A DNA stretch of 64,000 nucleotides from a virus. Below the pieces are notes generated by a model. The model saw only the letters and a program-made list of their open reading frames with translations, searched no databases and was not told the DNA's origin. Location: the IMG/VR virus record IMGVR_UViG_3300047510_002509; one strand, given 5' to 3'. Position 1 is the stretch's first letter, and the number at the start of each line of letters is the position of its first letter. Below, piece by piece: positions 1 through 9,087 of this stretch. The position numbers were made by a program, and so were the translations under genes.

Positions 1-1970
1 CCTTTGTCATACCAATCATTAATAACTAGCTCACCATCAAGATAAAGCTTTACTCCATCATCCGCTGGAGCGTAGACATGAGTTACATCAATTTCAGGTG
101 TCCAAGTTCCTATGTACTTAACAATTACATCCTCGTGGAGATTTGATCCAGCAACATAGCCCCCACCCCACTGCTCGTTAATTCCGTCAGTGTCAGTGGT
201 TGTATAAACTGGAGTAGCGTTTTCGGATAGTACGGGGGCATTATTCTGTCCTTGTACGTTATAAACTTCTACTTTTAATCCTTGTTGAGTATTTGTATCC
301 ACTACTGCTTGAGCCACCGCTTCAGTTGTAATTGCTTCAGCTACCACCGCTTCTTGTGTCTCAACGGCTGCGGTTGTATTAGCTAACACTTGAGTCTTGT
401 CTGCTACTACTTCCTGAGCAGCCTCTACTGTTGAAGCTGAAGAAACAAGAGTTTGAGCCGTGCTCATATCTGCTTGAGCCTGTGTTATTGCTGCTTGTGC
501 TTCAGAAACTTGTGTTGTTGCGTTTAAAACTGCCTCTGTAACTGCTGTTGTAGGTTCAAGAGTGTTTGCTGTTAATACAACTGCTTCTAGGGTTTGAGCG
601 ACTACTTCTATAGCTTCTGCAGATACTGCAACCTGAGCTTCTGCAACTTCTACCTCGGCTTCATCTATTTCAGTTTCTGCGATTTCTATTGCAGTTTCTG
701 TGGCGATAACAGATGATGCAAGAGATAGTCCCGCTGAAACAGCAACATCTTGAGCTGTGGATTGAAATGTTTGTGCTGTAGCAAGAGTCTCCTGCTCGGA
801 TGTTAGTGTCGCTGTGGCATTAGTTTCTGCAGCTTGAAGAGTTGTAAGAGTTGTTTGCTCTGTAGCTAAAGTAGTTGCCGCTTCTTCAGCTGCTTCTGTA
901 AGAGCAGGGTCAGAGCTAGTTGTAGTCACACGTATGTTGTCAATAATGTAAATATCACTATCTGGTTGAATAGTGACACTATCTATAGCTTTTCCATCAG
1001 GTGCTGTAATTGTTTCTACATATGTATGATCTGGGTTTGAAACACCATTGTGGTACATAACTCCATTTTCAAGAGTTCCTGTTGAAGTACTTCCATCCGT
1101 TGCAACAATGGTTTCTACTGCGTCACCATTTTTTGCATAAATATCAAACTCAATAGCAGTTACATTTTGATCTGTTGGATTAATAGTTATAGGAGATGTG
1201 CCGTTTGTGTAAAGAGCGTTTCCTTGAACACCTTCTGAGTTCCAACCGCCACTTATTTGAGCGCCAGTTCCAACTGTAATTTGAGGGTCTATTTGTCCAT
1301 CAGTGAAATTTTCAATAACTGTTGTAGTAGAACTGTTTGCTGCATCTGCCGCGGTTTGAGCTGCTGAAGCATCTGCTTCTGCTTGAGTCACTACTGATTC
1401 TTGAGTCGTTACTGCATTTGTCGCTTCTGTTACTGCTGTTTGAGCTTCTGCTACTACTGCTGTTTGGGCCTCAACTGTGGCGGTTGCTTGGGCCAAAGTT
1501 TGATTGGCAATTTCCGATACTGCAAGTGCTGTTTCTGCAGATTGAACTGCTGAACCTGCTTCTTGTGTAGCACTAGAAGCTTCTGCTACCTGTGTCTGAG
1601 CATTAGATACTGATTCTGTGACGTCCGCTGTTGGTTCTGATATTGATGATGTTACCTCCGAAATCTGATTAATTTTTGTTTCTAAGCTTGCTACTTCAGA
1701 TTCCGCCGTTGCTACAGCGGTTGCCGCTTCTGTGATTTGCTCTTGCGTTGAGCCACTGGAAGAAGCTTGTGGATCACCTCCCGACGACGCATTTGTATCA
1801 GTGGATGTACTGTTTGGGTCTGGTGCTGGTTGCACCCCCTCTTCGTCGGCAGCGTATGCAGTTTGTGGAGTTAAAACTCCGATGAAAAAAATTATAAAAG
1901 GGGTAGCAGAAAGTGATAGCCAAAATCTTGTTAAGAATTGACTCGGTCTTCCAGTAAAACGACGCGACAC
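1..1970 (-). CDS. Large secreted/surface protein with Ala/Thr/Glu-rich stalk and PA14 domain (3' end outside window)
   Basis: Not in the ORF track because it is open to the window edge. GGAGG RBS then GTG at 1970; signal peptide ending TAYA-ADEE; PA14-like HVYAPADDGVKLYLDGELVINDWYD at 3-80 in the same frame. Confidence 0.8.
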   Translation of the reverse strand, partial: MSRRFTGRPSQFLTRFWLSLSATPFIIFFIGVLTPQTAYAADEEGVQPAPDPNSTSTDTNASSGGDPQASSSGSTQEQITEAATAVATAESEVASLETKINQISEVTSSISEPTADVTESVSNAQTQVAEASSATQEAGSAVQSAETALAVSEIANQTLAQATATVEAQTAVVAEAQTAVTEATNAVTTQESVVTQAEADASAAQTAADAANSSTTTVIENFTDGQIDPQITVGTGAQISGGWNSEGVQGNALYTNGTSPITINPTDQNVTAIEFDIYAKNGDAVETIVATDGSTSTGTLENGVMYHNGVSNPDHTYVETITAPDGKAIDSVTIQPDSDIYIIDNIRVTTTSSDPALTEAAEEAATTLATEQTTLTTLQAAETNATATLTSEQETLATAQTFQSTAQDVAVSAGLSLASSVIATETAIEIAETEIDEAEVEVAEAQVAVSAEAIEVVAQTLEAVVLTANTLEPTTAVTEAVLNATTQVSEAQAAITQAQADMSTAQTLVSSASTVEAAQEVVADKTQVLANTTAAVETQEAVVAEAITTEAVAQAVVDTNTQQGLKVEVYNVQGQNNAPVLSENATPVYTTTDTDGINEQWGGGYVAGSNLHEDVIVKYIGTWTPEIDVTHVYAPADDGVKLYLDGELVINDWYDK

Positions 1971-2065
1971 TTTGATGCCTCCAGCGCACGGCAATTAAAG
2001 GCGGCAAAAACCGACCCTTTTCAGCTTGGTGTCCAGTCAAGCTGTATGTAAATTTTATCGTATTG

Positions 2066-2749
2066 CTAAATGTCTAAAATGCTTTTCTCTTTTGAGTACA
2101 TCAAAAAAATGTGTCTTACGTTTGCTGCGTACCAGTCACTACCACCTCTTGGTGGAACAACACCATCACTCTTTAAACCTTCAGCAATTTTTCCGTACGA
2201 AAGTCCAGCTGTACGTTCGTCATAAATTCTTTTTCTAATTTCAAGAGGTAGTGGGGATTTTGGTCCAATATTAACCCCCCAAACCTTTCCAGCGTCTCTA
2301 CGGTCCTTATGGACATCTTTCTGACGCATAGAAATCATTCCACGCTCCATTTCAGCCATTGCTGACATGATGGTTACAACAAAACGTCCTTGATAAGTTC
2401 CTGTGTCCAATCCCAAATCAAGAAGTGCTAAACGCCATTCGTATTTATGTGAACGATCAACAATACTTAAAAAATCACGAGTGGAGCGTGCAAGCCTGTC
2501 TAAGCGTGTAACAAAAAGTGCTTGCGCCTTTCCTGCATCTAACTCATCTAATGCTTTTCGCAAAACAGGTCTACCAGTAATACTTTTACCAGACTTACCC
2601 TCTTCACGAAGAATTACAGCTACATAACCAGCAGACTCTGCAGCTGCAATTAGCTGACGCTCTTGTGCATCAAGTGACACGCCTTCCTCTGCTTGCATTT
2701 GAGTAGACACTCGCGCATAGCAGTAGGCAATACCCTCACTCATATCCAA
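2066..2749 (-). CDS. Serine recombinase (resolvase family) with C-terminal recombinase/HTH region
   Basis: YARVST catalytic motif, SG..RP.L, RLDRLARS, AEMER. Confidence 0.9.
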   Translation of the reverse strand: MDMSEGIAYCYARVSTQMQAEEGVSLDAQERQLIAAAESAGYVAVILREEGKSGKSITGRPVLRKALDELDAGKAQALFVTRLDRLARSTRDFLSIVDRSHKYEWRLALLDLGLDTGTYQGRFVVTIMSAMAEMERGMISMRQKDVHKDRRDAGKVWGVNIGPKSPLPLEIRKRIYDERTAGLSYGKIAEGLKSDGVVPPRGGSDWYAANVRHIFLMYSKEKSILDI

Positions 2750-2942
2750 TGCCCTCTTTTTTCAAACTAATTATTGCTTGGTCTAGTCTGTCGTTTGGAC
2801 AATTCCTTACAGACTCTTCGTATGTATTACCGCAATCTCCACACTTCCAAGTCATCTCTGCAATAGCGTCGTAGTGTCCTACGACATATCCTTTGTCATA
2901 ACCTATGTCATAACCTTCCTGATAAAGATTTTTCTTTCTCAT
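2736..2942 (-). CDS. Hypothetical protein (GY repeats, CxxC)
   Basis: Coupled between thyX and the recombinase. Confidence 0.6.
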   Translation of the reverse strand: MRKKNLYQEGYDIGYDKGYVVGHYDAIAEMTWKCGDCGNTYEESVRNCPNDRLDQAIISLKKEGIGYE

Positions 2943-3676
2943 TAAGGAGATACTCTTCCGTTATCTACAAAAGCTTTGTGAGTTACTGGCATGTGATACT
3001 CAAAAATCTCTTCATACCTTTCAGCAACCATTTCAATCTCTCTTTGAGGATATGAAGGAAAGCTCTGACCTTCAACATTCCTACGGAGACTTAGGAAGTT
3101 CATCAAAGAGCGAGCATTCATGGTGACATAAGCAGAAGAATAAATTGTCACTGGGAGCACTCCTCGAGCGACTTCTCGAGCAACACCATTAGAAAGCATC
3201 TCTTTGTAGTTGTAGTACGCCTCTGTACATGTCTTTTTATAATTATTAACAGTTATTGCGTACTGCTGGTCAGTGCCTTCTTCAAAAACATAAGCACCTG
3301 GTTTGCCAACTTGAACTAGTTTTCTGTCCTGATTAGGGACATAGAACTCTGGTTCAAGCTCCCTATAACGCCCAGACTCTTCGTTGTAGGAAGCGATGCG
3401 ATGACGCATATGCTCGCGCCAGACAAAGATAGGTGCTTTGACGTAGAACGTGAAATATGAATGCTCAAATGGAGTGCCATGACGCTCTCTCATCAAGAAG
3501 TTAATCAGGCCTTGTTCTCTTTTAGATAACTCATTAGTTTCATCAAAAGAGGCTGTGTAGTCTCGAGTTCTTTCTCCCTCGGTGCTTACTCGAGCGGAAA
3601 AGATGACATCCATGTCTTCAGCACTACATTTAACAAGTTCTACGTCAACATCAGAACTGAACAGAATTTCAGACAA
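2942..3676 (-). CDS. thyX: FAD-dependent thymidylate synthase
   Basis: HGTPFEH and RHRIASYNEESGRY ThyX motifs; actinobacterial-type sequence. Confidence 0.97.
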   Translation of the reverse strand: MSEILFSSDVDVELVKCSAEDMDVIFSARVSTEGERTRDYTASFDETNELSKREQGLINFLMRERHGTPFEHSYFTFYVKAPIFVWREHMRHRIASYNEESGRYRELEPEFYVPNQDRKLVQVGKPGAYVFEEGTDQQYAITVNNYKKTCTEAYYNYKEMLSNGVAREVARGVLPVTIYSSAYVTMNARSLMNFLSLRRNVEGQSFPSYPQREIEMVAERYEEIFEYHMPVTHKAFVDNGRVSP

Positions 3677-3685
3677 AAGACTCTC

Positions 3686-3919
3686 CTAGTCCACTGGCTT
3701 TAGATGATTTGGCTTTGGCTCTTCCTTCTTTTTTGTCTTAACTGAATCCCTAGATTCAACGTTTGCCTTGGCTCTAGCAAAAGCTTGAAAGAAGGTCTTA
3801 ACAAGTGCATAGAGCACCAGAAGGCAGAATCCAACAATTAACACGACTATCAATGAACCGATCAAAAACAGACCTAGTTCAAATGCCAGTTCGAATGGAG
3901 CTTTCCAATTGATATCCAT
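3686..3919 (-). CDS. Small membrane protein
   Basis: One long hydrophobic segment; RBS AAAGG. Confidence 0.65.
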   Translation of the reverse strand: MDINWKAPFELAFELGLFLIGSLIVVLIVGFCLLVLYALVKTFFQAFARAKANVESRDSVKTKKKEEPKPNHLKPVD

Positions 3920-3933
3920 AACTTACCTTTCTA

Positions 3934-4464
3934 TTAGCCTTTAGGTCTCATGACCACAAGGGCGCTGGGGAAGGGGGCTGCGTTGGTGGAATTACCAAAC
4001 TTCAGCCGTCCACGAATAAAACGAACTTCGTGGTGTATTGCATAGTCGTGAAACCAAGCAGTGTCAGTTCTTGCTGGCACTAGGCACACAACCGTGGCTC
4101 CTTTTTGAGATTCAGCGTCAGCCTTTCTCATCCAGTCCTTGATGGTCTTGCCATAAGGAGGATTGAGCCAAATAGCACCACCCTGAGCATCGGTAGTCCA
4201 GTCGCGTGTAAAAGCGTCTTGTCTATTCGTCTCTGGGTGGTCTGGTCCATACCAGTTGCCTACAACCAAAGTAGAAGACTGCAGGGCTGCTGCATCCAAA
4301 GCAAAGTTAAACTCTGCATCTACCTTGGCGTAATAACTTCTTGGCGTAGACCAAGTGTCATCAAGCGATGACATCGCTGTTGAGCTTGAATAAAAGCCCG
4401 TGCTCTTCTCGTAAGGTTCTACCACGCTGATATCATATAGTAACTTAATTCTAAATTGCAACAC
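3934..4464 (-). CDS. Phage DNA N6-adenine methyltransferase (Dam-like family); true start probably downstream of 4464
   Basis: W.TP, F.LDAAA, WLNPPYG, LVPARTDTAWFH, RFIRGRLKF, APFPS. Confidence 0.9.
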   Translation of the reverse strand: MLQFRIKLLYDISVVEPYEKSTGFYSSSTAMSSLDDTWSTPRSYYAKVDAEFNFALDAAALQSSTLVVGNWYGPDHPETNRQDAFTRDWTTDAQGGAIWLNPPYGKTIKDWMRKADAESQKGATVVCLVPARTDTAWFHDYAIHHEVRFIRGRLKFGNSTNAAPFPSALVVMRPKG

Positions 4465-4498
4465 CCAAAACAGGCGTTTCTAAAAGGTATGATAAAGT

Positions 4499-4669
4499 TC
4501 AGGCCGTACGAACTCGCCCTTTTAGGACGTGCCAAGCGTTGCATTTATCGCATCCGTGTAAGAAATAGCTCTCTGGACGCCCTTTTTTGGTTTCCGAGTA
4601 GTTTTTCATCTGGACAAACCTACTAGCCAACTCTCGATTGGCAAAACCCTTTTTAACGCAAGTTGCCAT
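4499..4669 (-). CDS. Small Cys/His hypothetical protein
   Basis: ATG at 4669 directly after the repeated GGGAGCCCGGAAA element; CDKCNAWH. Confidence 0.6.
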   Translation of the reverse strand: MATCVKKGFANRELASRFVQMKNYSETKKGRPESYFLHGCDKCNAWHVLKGRVRTA

Positions 4670-4688
4670 TTTCCGGGCTCCCATTCCG

Positions 4689-4826
4689 TTATTTGAATCT
4701 GCGTCGAACATCGTTAGTGATAAGTCTGCCTTGGAACGTAGATAAGCGAGTAATAACCTTACTGATGAGGTCGATTAAATGACCCCTCCATGTCTGGGTC
4801 TTTTTGTGTCGTGACGTAGTTCTCAT
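4689..4826 (-). CDS. 45-aa hypothetical protein
   Basis: Manual translation MRTTSRHKKTQTWRGHLID...; ATGA-coupled to the upstream ORF. Confidence 0.45.
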   Translation of the reverse strand: MRTTSRHKKTQTWRGHLIDLISKVITRLSTFQGRLITNDVRRRFK

Positions 4827-4960
4827 TTTTCCGGGCTCCCGTTCCGTTCTGAGACCTTTGCGCAGTTGATGCAGATGTCGTAGTCCTTACCAGTGAAGGG
4901 ACAGGAGGACTGGGTGGTGAGTTGATGCTTACAGAAAAGTTGTTTGAGGAGATTAAGCAT
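4823..4960 (-). CDS. 45-aa Cys-rich hypothetical protein
   Basis: Manual translation MLNLLKQLFCKHQL...CPFTGKDYDICINC; GAGG RBS. Confidence 0.55.
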   Translation of the reverse strand: MLNLLKQLFCKHQLTTQSSCPFTGKDYDICINCAKVSERNGSPEK

Positions 4961-5207
4961 CTACTTCCTCCAGTTCGGCTGTGAAGTCGGTGATTTCAAG
5001 GACATGGGTGGTTTCTCTGAGTTTAGGCTTGTCTCCATGCATGAAAGCCATATGCATGGATGAGCCTACCTCTGGGTAAGTCATATCTGTGCACTCAATC
5101 CATTGGAAAGCAGGGGCAATCGTATTCGGAGTGTCCTTGCCTATCTTGAGGAACCGCTTTGGGTAATCAACCAGATACACGCTGGTTTCGGTGCGAACTG
5201 TCAACAT
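4953..5207 (-). CDS. Hypothetical protein, leaderless
   Basis: TTGACA-17-TAGTCT promoter ends 6 nt before the ATG. Confidence 0.65.
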   Translation of the reverse strand: MLTVRTETSVYLVDYPKRFLKIGKDTPNTIAPAFQWIECTDMTYPEVGSSMHMAFMHGDKPKLRETTHVLEITDFTAELEEVDA

Positions 5208-5249
5208 AATAAAAGACTAAGGGTTAACAGTTGCTGTGTCAAATACAAT

Positions 5250-5565
5250 AAAAAGGGGTTGGGGTGAAAACCTAGTACTCGCTTTCGCTTTCCCACCTGC
5301 GCTGCCCCAAGGCGTTACTCAGGTCGTCCCAAGCTTTCGCTCTGCAGGTTGGTTCTGTGGACTCTGCAGTAAAGGGTCTTAAAAGTGAGTAGGTGGACTG
5401 CTTTTTACCACCAAGGCCAAGCTATTACGGCTCTGTAGTACCGCTTTTAGGCCTACCAGACGTTCGGTCGCTAACCACTCTGCTAAGAGCCGCCTGTGCT
5501 TTACCCTCCCCATATAGCTTTGAGAGTGTTCAGCCATACTCCACGCAGCCCGTCGGCTTTGTGTT
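5250..5565 (-). ncRNA. Putative large structured non-coding RNA
   Basis: GC-richer intergenic block with several nested stems, a GAAA tetraloop, an upstream -10 (TAGGAT, 5572-5577) and a U-tract end; no credible CDS. Confidence 0.55.
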
Positions 5566-5674
5566 GAAAAAATCCTAACACATAAATCAGACATTTTGCT
5601 AACTTTATTTAGCAAAAATCCCAATTTTCCGGGCTCCCATTCCCTTTTTCTCCAAAGCAGCGTAGAGTAGGGGT

Positions 5675-5983
5675 ATGGAACTAAAAGAGTTTGTGATTAG
5701 GGATGAGGGTTGGGCTACCGACCTACAACAAGGGCTAGAGATGTACATGATGGCTCTATATGACTCTGTGGACGCTGAGGAGGGTACTCCTGAAGCTGAA
5801 ATAGAAACCGAAAGCGGTTTAATCTTCTGTGGGTGCCACACATGTGAAGCAAGAGAAATTCTAAGCTTTATCGTGCCACGAGCCATTAAAGGCTACTTAG
5901 ATGAAAAAGTTGGATTTGAAGATGCACCAGAGGGGTTTGTAGGTAAATTGGCTAAAGTGCCAAGCAACCTAAAACACGATTAA
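5675..5983 (+). CDS. Hypothetical protein (CGCxxC), leaderless
   Basis: TAGAGT-6-ATG; normal composition. Confidence 0.65.
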   Translation: MELKEFVIRDEGWATDLQQGLEMYMMALYDSVDAEEGTPEAEIETESGLIFCGCHTCEAREILSFIVPRAIKGYLDEKVGFEDAPEGFVGKLAKVPSNLKHD

Positions 5984-6384
5984 GCAGCTTTTGATCTACG
6001 CTCTTTCAACAAATCAAAGTCTTTAATCTTGGTTTCACCCATGTAATCCCAAGCATAACCACCTGCAATAAGAGCATGGTTGACTGACTGTTCCGCATCA
6101 TCGAGGAACAACCAGCCAAGAATACGACCATACTTTTCAGTTGAGTCTGGCTTCTCAGTTTTAATAACAATCTTTTCGGCGCTCGCAAGAAGTTCGCCTA
6201 GCTTTTTCTTGACCTCAAGACCTAGTTGCTTTTCGTAAGCATCTTTAGTGCGAGACTCTGGGGTATCAATACCAGCAAGTCTTACTCGTTGAAAAAAGCT
6301 GACGTTAAAGCCCAAATCAATGTCGACATCTATTGTGTCCCCATCTACTACTTTATGAACTTTTTTAACTCGATAGGTATACAA
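5980..6384 (-). CDS. Thermonuclease (SNase) family nuclease
   Basis: VVDGDTIDV, RVRLAGIDTPE, KYGRILG. Confidence 0.93.
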   Translation of the reverse strand: MYTYRVKKVHKVVDGDTIDVDIDLGFNVSFFQRVRLAGIDTPESRTKDAYEKQLGLEVKKKLGELLASAEKIVIKTEKPDSTEKYGRILGWLFLDDAEQSVNHALIAGGYAWDYMGETKIKDFDLLKERRSKAA

Positions 6385-6963
6385 CTACTTAATGTCCTGT
6401 CCGCAAGCGTGGCAGACTTTCTTTTCTACTGTTGTTGCAGGAGCATCTGCCTTTACCCCAGCACCTTTAAATTTAGGGCGACCAAACCCAACGATTGAGA
6501 CCATTACTCCAGCCTTGTTCTTCTTATAAGCACGAAGCTGCTTGCAAACTTCTCCACCATTTCTTTGGCTTCCGCCCTTGCGATTTGTAGTGTTTCCTTC
6601 AATACACCAAACGGTCCCATCTTCATTGTCTTTAATAACAATTCCAACGTGACTAATGCGATCAACACCATCTGCCGGGAAATCAAAATAGGCAATATCT
6701 CCTGGCTCTGGGTCACAAATTTGTGCGTCATACCAACGATTAACTTTTTTAAATGCTGCTGCACCACTTGGAGTGTAAACAGTGTTAGGAATTTTTACTC
6801 CTGCTTGGTCTCCACACCAATTAACAAATGAACCGCACCATGGTTGAAAGTTAGCTCCAGACCACTTGCCATACTTTGTTTCGTTGTCTTTTGGACCTTC
6901 AATGGTTCCAAGCTCTGCTTTTGCAATCTCAATAAGACGAGCCGCTGTACCTTGCTCTGCCAT
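6385..6963 (-). CDS. CHAP-domain endolysin/amidase
   Basis: PWCGSFVNW, PGDIAYFD, SHVGIV, IEGNT. Confidence 0.9.
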   Translation of the reverse strand: MAEQGTAARLIEIAKAELGTIEGPKDNETKYGKWSGANFQPWCGSFVNWCGDQAGVKIPNTVYTPSGAAAFKKVNRWYDAQICDPEPGDIAYFDFPADGVDRISHVGIVIKDNEDGTVWCIEGNTTNRKGGSQRNGGEVCKQLRAYKKNKAGVMVSIVGFGRPKFKGAGVKADAPATTVEKKVCHACGQDIK

Positions 6964-7361
6964 TAGTCTTTATCCCATTCTTCATCGATTGGTTGTTCTT
7001 CAGGCATTTCGCCTTCTGGCTTTCCTGTTGTTGGGGCATCTTCAGTTGGTGTTGGGTCAACTGGTGCTGCTGTAGGAGCAGAGTCTTCTGGTGTGCCAAA
7101 ATCAATTGGTGCTGGTGAATCTCCACCTTTACTACCAATCAAAATACCTGCAAGAGTTCCTGTAATAAATGTTGCAATAGAACCTAGAACATTAAAAAAC
7201 ATTTTGTCGTTTTCTGACTGCTCACCGATTGGTTGAGTGACAAAAATAAGAGCATACAAAATACCCATAGCGGTAAAGAGAAGAATTAATCCTAGAATCA
7301 CGCCAAGAATAAATTTTAATCTAGCGTCTAAATCAGACGACGTATATCTAGCTCTACTCAT
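6963..7361 (-). CDS. Two-TM membrane protein with acidic Pro-rich tail (holin/lysis accessory candidate)
   Basis: Two hydrophobic helices; coupled to the CHAP gene. Confidence 0.6.
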   Translation of the reverse strand: MSRARYTSSDLDARLKFILGVILGLILLFTAMGILYALIFVTQPIGEQSENDKMFFNVLGSIATFITGTLAGILIGSKGGDSPAPIDFGTPEDSAPTAAPVDPTPTEDAPTTGKPEGEMPEEQPIDEEWDKD

Positions 7362-7566
7362 TTACAGCACCTTCTCCCTGATTAAAAATGTCTTCACCGA
7401 CCAAATCTACAGGACATGTGCCAGCCACAGAGCAGACTGGAGGCTTACATTCTTTGGTGTCCCAGTTATCTGGGTCTTGACATGGGTATCTATAGCCACC
7501 GTCATACCCACACCCCACTAAAGACAAAGCAAGAACAAGTGCTCCTGCAAATCGAGCAATCTTCAT
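7354..7566 (-). CDS. Small Cys-rich lipoprotein
   Basis: Lipobox LVGC; RYPCQDP.NW...C.PP.C...G.C. Confidence 0.7.
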   Translation of the reverse strand: MKIARFAGALVLALSLVGCGYDGGYRYPCQDPDNWDTKECKPPVCSVAGTCPVDLVGEDIFNQGEGAVNE

Positions 7567-7653
7567 TTTTCCTCCACAGTCTGTTGTCCTAGACAGCGTC
7601 TATTATAAATTCACATGGAAAAAGTCATTTTTACTTATAAAAAAGAAAACCCC

Positions 7654-8073
7654 CTATTCGGGGGCTTTCTCTTGAATTAAAGGCAAAGGATCAACGTCCT
7701 TATTTCCGTATCGCCATGGGGAGATACGAGCCTCTAGGTGAAGGTGGGGACCAGAACTGTTTCCAGTATTACCTGACAAACCAATAACTTGTCCTTCTTC
7801 CACCTTGTTGCCTTTTTTCACACTTGTCTTGCTTAAGTGTGCGTAGACTGCCCGTACACCTTTGCCATGGTCAATGACCACAGCGGTGCCGTAGGAAGGC
7901 CCCCAAGTAACACTTGGACCAGCCTCTAGTACTTTGCCCTTCTTAACTGCAGAGACTTCAGTCCCCGCTGGGCACGCATAGTCAACTCCCCCGTGGTAGC
8001 CAATTTTCCACATCTTGCCTGGCTTTTTGTAAGGAGTCGTGATTTTGAATTTCTTCGGTAGTGGAGAACCCAC
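7654..8073 (-). CDS. M23 family peptidoglycan endopeptidase
   Basis: HGGVD, YAHL, GNTGNSSGPHLH. Confidence 0.93.
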   Translation of the reverse strand: MGSPLPKKFKITTPYKKPGKMWKIGYHGGVDYACPAGTEVSAVKKGKVLEAGPSVTWGPSYGTAVVIDHGKGVRAVYAHLSKTSVKKGNKVEEGQVIGLSGNTGNSSGPHLHLEARISPWRYGNKDVDPLPLIQEKAPE

Positions 8074-8125
8074 TATTCCTCCCGATTGTTGTTCCTATCT
8101 TCATATTATCCTCTGTCAAAAGGAA

Positions 8126-8165
8126 AGCGACTGGGTCGTTTATTATTGACCCAGCCGCTTTTTTT
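8126..8165. terminator. Hairpin with T-tract (probable terminator)
   Basis: AGCGaCTGGGTC...GACCCAGcCGCT followed by T6. Confidence 0.5.
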
Positions 8166-8251
8166 CCTTCTTGTCGGGTAAGGAAACTTATTTGTGAATA
8201 TTTTAAGGGTATTTCTAGTCTTTTATATTAAAAAGGTGTAAGTTAAGACTT

Positions 8252-8983
8252 ATGGGAAATGCTCCGATTGAGATAAAGTTTTTAGACATTGTAGGCGACT
8301 TGCCTGAAGAGACTAAGCCATACCCTGCCAAAAAGAACATTCCAAATTGGTATAAAAGTCTTCCTTCTTATATAGATGGTGAACAAGGACAAGTTTATTG
8401 GAATGATGTAGGTATTAATCAAGGTACAGCGACTGGTAAAAAATGTATGCCTATGTTGGATGCTATGACTGCTGGATACATAATTCCCCTACCCACAGAT
8501 ATAAAAGTTTCAAGACAAAATGGTCAGCAGCTGTTTCAATGGCCTGACCACGAAGTGTTGGGGTTTCATCCACCTCTTCAAATGACAACGCACCCGCATG
8601 TTGAAAAAAATTCAAATAACTCAATACCTAAATTTCACTCTCCTTGGACAATAGTTACTCCTCCTGGATATTCTGTTCTCTGTATTGCTCCGCTTAATAG
8701 AGACTCAGAACATAAAATTCTTGAGGCAATCCCTGGGGTTGTAGACACTGACACATACAACCACCCAATTAACTTTCCTTTTTTAATAGACCCGAATTGG
8801 ACTGGAATAATCCCTGCTGGATATCCAATGGTTCAAGTAATACCTTTTAAAAGAGAGTCTTTTAAAATGGAGTTTGGTGGCAGAGAAGAATATCTGAAAA
8901 TGCAGAAAAGCTTTAGAAGACTAAAAATGAGCTTTTACAATGGATATAAAGACCGATTTTGGTCACGCAAGGAATACAACTAA
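8252..8983 (+). CDS. Conserved phage beta-rich protein, paralog of 21932..22636
   Basis: Shared P.WYK, K.C.P..D, TPPGYS, IPAG.P, PFKR and W..KEYN motifs. Confidence 0.75.
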   Translation: MGNAPIEIKFLDIVGDLPEETKPYPAKKNIPNWYKSLPSYIDGEQGQVYWNDVGINQGTATGKKCMPMLDAMTAGYIIPLPTDIKVSRQNGQQLFQWPDHEVLGFHPPLQMTTHPHVEKNSNNSIPKFHSPWTIVTPPGYSVLCIAPLNRDSEHKILEAIPGVVDTDTYNHPINFPFLIDPNWTGIIPAGYPMVQVIPFKRESFKMEFGGREEYLKMQKSFRRLKMSFYNGYKDRFWSRKEYN

Positions 8984-9079
8984 ACGACGCTTAATTGGGT
9001 CAAACTTCTTTGGACGCTTTTTAAAAGCCTTTCCACACTTACGACTGTCGTTTGTAATTCTTGCTGTTTTTGCAGCCAT
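8963..9079 (-). CDS. 38-aa highly basic peptide
   Basis: AAGGAG RBS; MAAKTARITNDSRKCGKAFKKRPKKFDPIKRRLVVFLA. Confidence 0.5.
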   Translation of the reverse strand: MAAKTARITNDSRKCGKAFKKRPKKFDPIKRRLVVFLA

Positions 9080-9087
9080 GATGCTCC

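Noticed and set aside
2066-2749. Transposon or prophage boundary at the serine recombinase
   Set aside because: No terminal repeats, TnpB or transposase; the gene is coupled within a phage operon.
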